Positions 36,440 through 45,500 of a DNA stretch of 64,000 nt are shown piece after piece; within the stretch, counting starts at the first letter, position 1; each line of letters starts with the position of its first letter. The DNA comes from Botryllus schlosseri. Taxonomy: Eukaryota. A program made the position numbers and the translations under genes. The stretch spans positions 7,378,001 through 7,442,000 of the forward strand of contig CM119382.1 in assembly GCA_051294905.1 (NCBI GenBank), written 5' to 3'. Under the pieces are notes generated by a model that saw nothing but the letters and a program-made list of their open reading frames with translations, had not been told where the DNA came from and ran no database searches.

Positions 36440-36795
36440 TTTATAATTTTTAATTTGTTCTTCATAAATGTCAACATTTTCTTCATAAAGGTCAATTTTT
36501 TCTTCATAACTTTTAATATTTACTTCATAAATATCAATATCTTCTTTATGAATATCAATTTTTTCTTTATGAATTTCGATATTTTCTTCTTCATAAAGTT
36601 CAATTTTTTCTTCATAAATTTCTATAAATTCAGTTTTCTCTTTATGAATTACAATATATCTTTCATAAATTTCAAGATTTTCTTTATGAATATCAATATT
36701 TTCTCCATAAATTCAGTTTTCTCCTTATAAATTTTGATATTTTCGTTATGAAGATCAATTTTTTCCTTATGGATTTTAATTTTTGTAATTTTTAT
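36440..36795 (-). repeat. ~21-bp degenerate minisatellite, heptad-coding-like (I-D/E-I/L-Y/H-E/K-E-K/N)
   Basis: The minus strand reads ...KIDLYEENVDIYEEQ... with one frameshift and no start codon. Confidence 0.75.
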
Positions 36796-36892
36796 ACCTT
36801 ATTTACACACTTCGGGTTTTATTTTTTTAGAATGTTTTTGGTGGATTTGCTAATGCTATATTGTGTCACCTATATACATTATTTACATTACA

Positions 36893-37720
36893 ATTGCGTT
36901 ATCCCCGCCTTTCCCTTTATCACACTGGGAATGCCAATAACCACGTTCCTTTGACCTATCAACAAGAGGTGTCAAGGAAGACGAGGTCTTCCCATAGTTA
37001 ATGCAGGCGTTAGAAGTGCCAAGAACCAAGCTTATTGTTTCCTACGTTGCTACTTCCACAAGAACGCCCAATAAGCCCAGTTTCTTCTCGCCAAGTTGCA
37101 CAATATATACATGTTGAATGACACCTCTTACCCTATGGTAAGTGCCAATCGGTGTCAATCTTAGAATAGATAGGGATGCCATGAGGCAGGGACAGAAAAA
37201 AGTCACAAATTTTCATTAAAATTCACATAGTTATTTACAGATTCACACAATTTTTATTTTCATTTTTTTATTTTATATATATATACCGATATTTACAGAC
37301 ACTAAAAGATATTGCGTTATCCCTGCCTTCCTCTCCGTCTAACTGGGAATGCCAATGGCCACGTTACTTCAGCGCACTCTTAAGATTTCCAAAGGCCTTT
37401 GGATCACTCACAGAATGCCCAAAGAGAACGCGGTCTTCCCATAGTTAATTTTAGGTGCGGTACGAATTGAGAAGTGCCATGAACCAAGCCTGTTGTCCCC
37501 CATGTTACCCCTAGCATAAGGATGCCCAACAAGTCCGGTTTCTTCTATCAAAATCGCACGCTGTGTATATATATATATGCAGGTGAAAGACCCCTCTTAC
37601 CATATGATGAGCGCACGCTGTGCATATGCACAGGTGAAGGACCCCTCTTATCATACGATAAGTGCCAAGCGGTGTCCTTCGAATTTACCGACTAGGAGAG
37701 GTGCCGTGAGGCAGAGAAAA
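36893..37720. repeat. Two diverged ~310-410-bp direct units with block-wise conservation
   Basis: Shared blocks in order at 36893-37200 and 37311-37720: TTGCGTTATCCC, ACTGGGAATGCCAAT, GTCTTCCCATAGTTAAT, AGAAGTGCCA-GAACCAAGC, GAC-CCTCTTA, AAGTGCCAA-CGGTGTC, TGCC-TGAGGCAG. Confidence 0.8.
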
Positions 37721-38387
37721 ACAAATTAAATTACTTACAAATATACGCGACTATTTACAAATGCAACTTGTGACTCATTATAATTAACGATTGTAAAAAC
37801 CGTTATCGTCACAAGCTTCTCAAAATATAATATTAAACTCTTCCCTTTAATCAATATATAAATAATGTACAACTACTGAGCAAGACGTAGAATGCGGATG
37901 CGGTACTGTGCGGGCGGGGAGCAGAACGGGCAAAACTCAATAACCTCGTAACAAGAAAATTTAAATAAATAAAAGATTAGCAAAAATATTTCATATTGTA
38001 CACAAGGTGATTCTTCACGGGATGGGTGGCTATCAAGTTTATCGCGCGAAGTTAATCAACTTCTACTACTCATTATAACTGGACACCGTGACCGACGATA
38101 AACGATACCCTTATTGAAACGTAGACACCTTCTAGGCTTATTAAGCGGTTGCCATTTGCTTGTTCAGTATCGTCACATGATTGTTTATGTAACTATATAA
38201 TAATTGCGTATACATAATAAAATAAAATACAAGAATACGGCTTCTACTTTCGGGCTATTCCAAAGTTCCACCGTATTCTGGCTCTAACACTTTTTCCGTT
38301 TAGTTTGGCTTGACAGGGGTGCCGAATTGATAAAGTTGTCCTAAGTCCCTGCCAGCCAGTTCTATCATTCTAATAAAGACAAAATTC

Positions 38388-38639
38388 CTACCCGACGCTG
38401 CTTTCAGCGTTCTCTACCGGTTCTAGCGTTGGGCGTGGAGGCGGATGTTGCGGTGACGTTGTCGGATTGGTGTCGTCTCCCTGTGGCTGCGACTGTTGGT
38501 CCTCGTGATTTCTAGCTGGATCGATAAGCTTCTCTATTTCCACCTTCAGTTGTTCTCTATACGAGGGTGATAACGTCTCCACCCATTCGCGCATTTCGCT
38601 GAGGTTCATTGCGGATACGCACAGAGGCAGGTCACACAT
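38388..38639 (-). CDS. Accessory ORF, 83 aa, unknown function
   Basis: ATG start, co-oriented with the cassette, amphipathic helix followed by a Pro/Gln-rich tail. Confidence 0.5.
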   Translation of the reverse strand: MCDLPLCVSAMNLSEMREWVETLSPSYREQLKVEIEKLIDPARNHEDQQSQPQGDDTNPTTSPQHPPPRPTLEPVENAESSVG

Positions 38640-38777
38640 TTTGAATAGCTCAGGTTTTTATTCTCCGTTTAATAATTCCTTATATTTCCTTATATTTCCT
38701 TAATACAAATCAGTACAGTTCACGAAAATGTGAGCACGAAACAATAATACACAGAAGCAACGACACACAATTAAGTT

Positions 38778-39341
38778 CTAGTGGCACATTTCCATATATT
38801 CATCTCCTAGGGAATCTAGACCAGACTCGTCTCGACCGTCTATTTCCAAGAATAGGCCCACGTCAAAGTTTTCTTCTAGGGTCTGTATTGTTGGGGCATC
38901 GGGAGACCAATTGTTCTCCAGAAATTCGTCCACTTCCATCTCGTTTGCGCATAGCAAACTCAAACCCTTCAAGGAAGCACTCAAGCTCTTGTACGCTCGC
39001 CAGGATTCCTTGTTCGACTTATAGCGAGTCATTGTGAGTACGGCATTTGCGTGTGCCATCCGCGCAAGTTTTGCACGTTTTTTATCCGCCTTGATTTTGT
39101 TCATTTTTTCGGAATGAGATAGTTTTAGGTTTTTTGGGAGTTTTGCCATAGCCGCCTTAATATCTTCCCGAGTTATTACTACAGTCCACTTTCCCTTTTC
39201 CAATTTCTCATCTTCATCAATATGTTTAACATCTCTTCGTTTTATTTTCACACCAAATTTCCCATTTTTCAATCCTTCATTAGTCCATTCTTTGTCAATC
39301 GTATATATTTTCTCAACAGTTGGTAATCCGAATCTAGCCAT
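38778..39341 (-). CDS. Accessory ORF, 187 aa, Lys-rich, paralogous to neighbouring ORFs
   Basis: Long ATG ORF in AT-rich DNA that shares motifs with the 191-aa and 135-aa ORFs. Confidence 0.7.
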   Translation of the reverse strand: MARFGLPTVEKIYTIDKEWTNEGLKNGKFGVKIKRRDVKHIDEDEKLEKGKWTVVITREDIKAAMAKLPKNLKLSHSEKMNKIKADKKRAKLARMAHANAVLTMTRYKSNKESWRAYKSLSASLKGLSLLCANEMEVDEFLENNWSPDAPTIQTLEENFDVGLFLEIDGRDESGLDSLGDEYMEMCH

Positions 39342-39492
39342 TCCTGACGGATATCTAGTAATTCTCTTAATTTAATTCTTTTCCTTAAAAACAGATACAA
39401 TACGTCATGACACCAAAATAAGACACAAAACAAAGTTTCAAAAACAGTTTTTTTAATCAGTTTAAAACAGATTTAGCCTATCGTTTGAGGAG

Positions 39493-40068
39493 TCAAAACT
39501 CCAACCGCCGCATGACACGCGAAAGTTTCTTAGTTGTTTGTCGGGTCAGTCGTCTGTCCGAGATGTCTTGCTTACGCGGCGCTTTGTGCTTGATTTTCGG
39601 TCCATCTTTTGGTGCAGGGGTAGAGGCAGGAGGTGCAGGGGTAGAAAGCGCGATACCCAGGGAGGGAGCAAGGGGTGGCCAATGGGTTTTTATAAACTCA
39701 TTCATCTCCGTTTTGTCGATGGACCAAAATTTTAATTCCCCCTCTGTATCAAGAAATCTCTTATAATTTTCAGAGAATTCTTCTTGTGCTCCCTGGATCA
39801 TTTTAACCAAGTCCCCCCAATCTCCCTGGAGCGCATTTCTATCAAGTACGAGCGCTTCCATGGCTTCACATACTTCGATTTTTTTCATAAGTTTTCCTAC
39901 ACTGTCCGGGGTCCCTTGGTTCCTTATTTCTGACGTTTGGGCAACCTCAGCGATTTGAGAATCCGCAAGCCTTATTTTTACTGACCATTCGCCCGTCATT
40001 AGTTGTTCATTCTCCAAAATGGGCATAGTCGGGAATTCGTTCATTTCAGTGGACTCAGCCATTATCAA
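39493..40068 (-). CDS. Accessory ORF, ~190 aa (ATG at 40062), basic C-terminal tail
   Basis: TEMNEFIKTHWPPLAPSL aligns with MEVDEFLENNWSPDAPTI of the 187-aa ORF. Confidence 0.7.
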   Translation of the reverse strand: MIMAESTEMNEFPTMPILENEQLMTGEWSVKIRLADSQIAEVAQTSEIRNQGTPDSVGKLMKKIEVCEAMEALVLDRNALQGDWGDLVKMIQGAQEEFSENYKRFLDTEGELKFWSIDKTEMNEFIKTHWPPLAPSLGIALSTPAPPASTPAPKDGPKIKHKAPRKQDISDRRLTRQTTKKLSRVMRRLEF

Positions 40069-40140
40069 AGTTATTATACAATAGTTCTTTAAAATGAATA
40101 TAGTTTTTTACAGCACAGACATGAACGTTTACAATTACAA

Positions 40141-40548
40141 TTACAATTCCATATCTTCATCTAATGTTTCCCATACGCCAGTCACCGACAGTTCAGCTAT
40201 GGTAGTTACAGTCATGGTAGTGGTGGTACATGTCTCCCAGGGACGCCAGATTGCAACTTCAGTTTGTGACTTCCAATCTATGGCCATTGGGACATTCAGG
40301 AATTCTATCCATGCTTTTTCGACTTCTTCCCTTTCTACTTTCACCATTGCCATCTGGGTTGATGGTTCCGGTAAACTTTGGTTGGTAATTGAGAGGTCCC
40401 TCATTTTGGGAAACCTTGCTCTAGCCACCTCGAGGCCCCCCATGATTGGTTTCTCATCAATTCTTTCCAATACCACAACACATCTACCGGGCAACAGCTT
40501 TTCATCGCCCTCGATTGTATATATTTCCATAGTGGAGCGCACAGCCAT
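40141..40548 (-). CDS. Accessory ORF, 135 aa
   Basis: STMEIYTIEGDEKLLPGRCVVVLERID resembles PTVEKIYTID...LKNGKFGVKIKRRD of the 187-aa ORF. First ORF after the internal TATA. Confidence 0.65.
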   Translation of the reverse strand: MAVRSTMEIYTIEGDEKLLPGRCVVVLERIDEKPIMGGLEVARARFPKMRDLSITNQSLPEPSTQMAMVKVEREEVEKAWIEFLNVPMAIDWKSQTEVAIWRPWETCTTTTMTVTTIAELSVTGVWETLDEDMEL

Positions 40549-40758
40549 TATCTTGGTGACTAGTCAGTAGTTTAGCAATCAATCTTAATAGAATATCAAA
40601 TTGAAGTTATTTAATTTACAAAGGTTCACTTGATCTTATTACAATAGCTGTTGATCCTTATTCCTATGTTATAGCAACAGGCATGAGCAGCCTCTAGCCT
40701 AACCTTCCAACAGGTACAGCCATACCAGAGTGAACACCAGTTGCTATTCTGCCCTACC

Positions 40759-41470
40759 TATATACTCAAACCTAGGAAGTGAAGTGAGGATGTGAGTTAC
40801 CAATGACAGGAAATGGTTGCCTCGGCTTGATGTGAAGCCGTGCATCACAGCTTTGTGAAAGTCCAACAACAGGAAATGTTTTTATCGACTCAACCCAAAG
40901 TTGCGCGTCATAGTTGTTATGATATGCCATCAATAGGAAATGTTTGCCTCTACTAGACGAGAAGTCGTGCGTCACAGCCTCATGAAATGCGAACAACAGG
41001 AAATGCTGTCATCGATTTGATACCAAGTCGCGCATCACAACTTCATGATATGTGAATGACAGGAAATGTTTTCCTTGACCTAACCCAAAGTCGCGCGTCA
41101 CAGTTGCTATGATATGCTATCAACAGGAAATGTTTACCTCTACTTGACGAGAAGTCGTGCGTCACAGCCTCATGAAATGCGAACAACAGGAAATGTTTTT
41201 CACGACTTAACGCGGAGTCGTGCGTCATAGTTGTTGTAATAGGCCATCAACAGGAAATGTTTACCCCGACTTGACATAAGGTCGTGCGTCATAGCTGTTG
41301 TAATAGGCCATCAACAGGAAATGTTTACCCCGACTTGACATAAGGTCGTGCGTCATAGCTGTTGTAATAGGCCATCAACAGGAAATGTTGTTTCCTTCCT
41401 AACACGAAGTCGTGCGTCACAGTTCCATGAAACGCGAACTACAGGAAATGATGTTTCCTGACTTGATACG
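40759..41470 (-). promoter_or_regulatory. Internal promoter: eleven 63-64-bp tandem repeats plus a TATATA box
   Basis: (C/T)AGGAAATG recurs at ~40807, 40870, 40934, 40997, 41060, 41124, 41187, 41251, 41315, 41379 and 41442, mostly with a G(T/C)GCGTCA-type motif. TATATA lies at 40759-40764, upstream of the accessory cassette. Confidence 0.65.
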
Positions 41471-42234
41471 CGCGCGTTGTTTCGTTGATTGGTTTTATTG
41501 ATTAGTAAACGCACAACCTGAACAGGTCAACTGCCGATTGACACAACAAGATTCCTAACGTGCTCGCTACAAGTTATAAAGACATAACAATGTGTTAATG
41601 TACTCACAGGTTCCTCCGTTAGTATGCCTGCGTCCATTCCATGTCTTCGTCTTCGTCCTCTGTCCTTGTCCGTGACCTCTGATCCCTACGACGTCTTAAC
41701 GCTAACTGACGTTCCCTATGCCTATGCCTATGGTTACCGACCCGGCATGCTGACTGGACCCGCCAGCATGCCGGCCCTCATGCCTATAACTACGACTATT
41801 CCTAAGTCTACCCCTATGCTTATGTCTAAGCTTAGGCCTACACGTCCTACCCCTAGCTATGCCTAGCGTTAACTGACCGTGTTCCTTCGCTGTCGTTGCT
41901 TATATGGCCTTCGAGCGTAACCGCGTCGTTGTACGTCATCGTGCGAAGGAAGAAGTTCCGAAAATCTGCTAAGAAAAAATGCTAGTCCTATAGTTATGCC
42001 TAAGTTAATCCGTACGCCTAAACCTATAGCTACACAACGCCTAATGCTAAGCTAGCCCATACCTATCTTTATTCCTAGACGACCTACCCCTAGCTATCCC
42101 TAGACCTAAGTCTAAGTCTACGGCCTATGCATTAGCCTATGGCCAGCCGACCCTATAGCCTAAGCTATCTATTCTAGACGACCTACCCCTAGCTATCCCT
42201 AGATCTAAGTGACCCTATGTCTATTCTGTAGCCG

Positions 42235-42322
42235 TTTATATAGCTTTCGGGTGGAAGTGGGAACGCGTCATTGTGCGTCATTGTGCGTCAATCCGCATTA
42301 TTTCGTGCGTCATTGTGCGTCA
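42235..42322 (-). promoter_or_regulatory. Second candidate internal promoter (TATATAAA plus five TGACGC motifs)
   Basis: TATATAAA at 42242-42235. GCGTCA occurs five times on + within 42264-42322. Confidence 0.55.
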
Positions 42323-42582
42323 ATCTGTGCTGATGTAATGCTTGAAAGTATGTGATTACGTTATCGCTTTTTGCCGTAGGTTTCTCTAGGTCAAAGTAGG
42401 TTTATTCTCGGTCAGACCAGTTCGCCTTCGGTTAAACTGGGCTGTCATCGGCCAACTCTGTTAATTATCGTTAATTTTCGTTAATTATCGTCAATTATTG
42501 TTAATTCTTGGTAATTATTGTTAATAATTGTTCAACACAGTCATTCATCTTTTCAGAAAAAAATTTCTCTTTACCATCGCAC

Positions 42583-45500
42583 TTATTTTTTCGGTTTCAA
42601 ATTCGGTCCTTCAGCCAACGTCGTCATCGTTGTCATCGCCGTCCATACTTGTTCATTGTTCCTTCTTTGAACCTTTTTTACCTGCCCCATAGATCTATTT
42701 TTTCCGTATTTCATACCCGCAATCCACAAAAATACTATTACTGCCACCAGCCCCATCGCCACAACGATTGAATATTGTGTGTTCGGGCCCCGTTTAACAA
42801 TCCCTCCCCCGGTATCTATCGTAGGGGAAAAGATATGTCTTACCGAATACTGCTCCTCCATCTGTAGCAGCTCCTTCAGTCTGTCGTAGTAGCCGAAACC
42901 ATCCTGGGACGGTTTCCCAGAATCCTGGGCACGCGGCGCTCTGGTGAGATTCGAAAAGGGCCCTGCCATCCCCCGCGTCACTTGTCCAGATCGCGAGACG
43001 GTGTCGGTGGTTGTCGGCCCGGCGACCCACGACGTTCGAAAGGGACTGGTCGGTCGCACTCGTCGTTCCGAGGCTTGGGCCTGCGTTGTTGCCAGAAACC
43101 GTGTAGAAACAGCGGTCGCCGCACCCATCGTCGTCGAGACCCGGGGAATAATTGGCACCGCGATTGGGGTCGTCCCTGCTGGTGTTGTCGTGGAGGAGAG
43201 CGTCGAAGAGGCGACAGCGTATGAGCCGATATTCGACAGAACTGATTCCGTCGCTACCGCGTTGGTGACGGAAGCCAACAATGTCCCCACCAATTGTTCC
43301 GTAGATAAGAGTTGTTCTCCGGTGATCATGAAAACCGTATCGCCAGGTGTAGCTTTACTCATAGCTCCGTCACTAGTCGACTCCACCGACGTGATGACGG
43401 GATTGGTCATCGTAGTCGCTTCCGGTGTTGTGGACGCAATCGTCGTAACAAGGTCATGTGTAGATCGCGGGGCAATACGTCCGGTGGTTAGTAGGCGTGT
43501 TGTTATGCCCGGTCCTGTCGTAGAGCTTTCCAAACTCCTTACTTCATCCGTCATGGCTCTGCTTATTGCTATGGTCGTCGGCGACTCGGGTATGGTGGCC
43601 TCTGTTGGCTGCTTTGGTCCGGTCGCCGAGAGATCCCAATGGAGGCGGGTAGTAATTTCCGAACGCGTAGGTTTCGTTAGAGAAAACCTTCTATGTACCG
43701 ACGCACCGGCCCCACCTTGCAAATTCGACAGTGTTCCAAAAAAACCCTTCGTTGGCCGTACAGTGTCGACGCGCTCCGCGGTCAGGTACAAATTCGGCGT
43801 CACGGTTTTCGCCGTGGTCGCCGTCGTTTGGCCCTGAGTGGCGGGCGTTCCTGTCCGAATAGACAAGAAAGTGACACTGTCCGTCGTCCACCGTTCAGCA
43901 TTCTCTGCAGCACCCGCAATTCTGGTAGTCTCCATCATTCGAGCACTAGTTGGTCTGACAGGCGTGGTCACAGATAAGGTTACGGTCGTTCCTCCCTTGC
44001 CGGACTCGGGGTCTCGGGGTGATGGAGTCGCGGTTGCGGCGGCCGCTGAAGATGCGGCAGTGGTCGAAGTGGTGTATTCGGCCAAAGTCGTCACTATTGT
44101 TGATTGTTCTGTAGACACTGGTATGCTCGTCTGTAGAGTAGTGTCCCGAGGAGTAGTAACCTTCGTCGTTGCCTGAGTAGTCGTCCTCGTGGGGTTTGTG
44201 CTCATTTCTGATACAGCCGGCGCATCTGCGGTGCCAGGGGAAGGCCCTGTCGGGGTTCGACCAAATGTCACAGGAGCGCCCGCTGCGGCAGGACTCCCGG
44301 TTGTTGCCATGGACGCCGTGGTTGTCTCGACCCGTTTCGTATACCCTACTGAATCTGCAGTAGTATCGCGGGGGGTCGATGTGAATTTGATCCCTTCGGT
44401 TTTCATCGTCGAATCCACCTGCGCCAGTTTCAAACTGGCCACACTGAATATGGCTGTAGGCGTCGTCGTAATCAAGGCTTCGGTTGTGGACATTGGCGGA
44501 ATGGACGTAGTGGGTCCCTCAGTAGACGCTTCCACCGCCGCAAACGCGGTCTCTTGATCGAGCAACGGCGTTCTTGGAGTTTGTTTACTGGTTATTTCCG
44601 AATATCTAAGGCGGGTAGTTGCGAGATACGTTGTGGTGTCAGGAAAAACGGTGTTCTCTGTGGTGACGACTGTAGTAGGGAGCCAGTACGTGCCCTCAGT
44701 TGTCCGCGGCGCTGTCGCTGGCGCTGTCGTAGGAATTGTCGTTGTTGTAATCGAAGTGCCAGGTTCGAACGAATTCATAGTGGCGTCCGTAATAGTTGCA
44801 GGTTCAAATACAGTTGTTTCTACCGTTGACCGTTCCGAAGCCACAGGTATTCGGGTCTGATGAGTAGTCTCTGGAAGAAGTGTGACCTTCGTTGTTTCCC
44901 AAGTAGTCATCTTCGTGAGTGTCGCGCTCATTTTTGGTACAACGGACACATCAGAGGTGCCCGTAAAAAACTCGGCCGAAGTTTGATTAGCTACTGTAGG
45001 AGGGCTCGTTGTAGTAGAACCGGACGTAGGTCGGGAGTCCGTTTGCAAGGTATCGCCAGTCCAGCTACTGGCGGTTGTTACCGGGCTTGTTTGTTGTGTC
45101 GTGAACGGTCCGGGCGCTGCCGGGGTTTGGGATTGCGTCGTCATGAGTATCTCAGTTGTACTAACATGAGTTGGCCAAGTACCGCTGCGAGTTGCCAGTC
45201 GGTGGTTCGTTGATTCGAATCCCGTCGTTGAGCTTACGGGAACTCTTACTGGTGTTGTTATTTTGACGCTAGTTTCCTGCGCAATCGTTGAAACCCCACT
45301 CGATGATAGAAACGTGGGTTGCGTACCCCTTGTGGTCGCAATCGTGGACCTGTGAACGAGTAGCCTATCAGATGTTTCTCCTAAGGCCACTGCAGAGTAC
45401 TCGTCACTATAATAGTCCCCGTAACCACTTTCGTTATACGCGGACTCGTACCAGCTGTTGTTGTAGTCGTAAGCGTACTCGTAGTAATCTTCATCGTAGG

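Noticed and set aside
36893-37720. Hammerhead, HDV-like ribozyme or Pol III gene in the duplicated units
   Set aside because: No CUGANGA/GAAA core, HDV topology or clear A/B boxes with a terminator were found.
42944-45213. Long plus-strand ORFs (297, 122, 117, 112 aa) opposite the mucin gene, and similar ones opposite gag/pol/env
   Set aside because: Antisense shadows expected from Thr/Ser/Pro-rich and GC-rich coding sequence.
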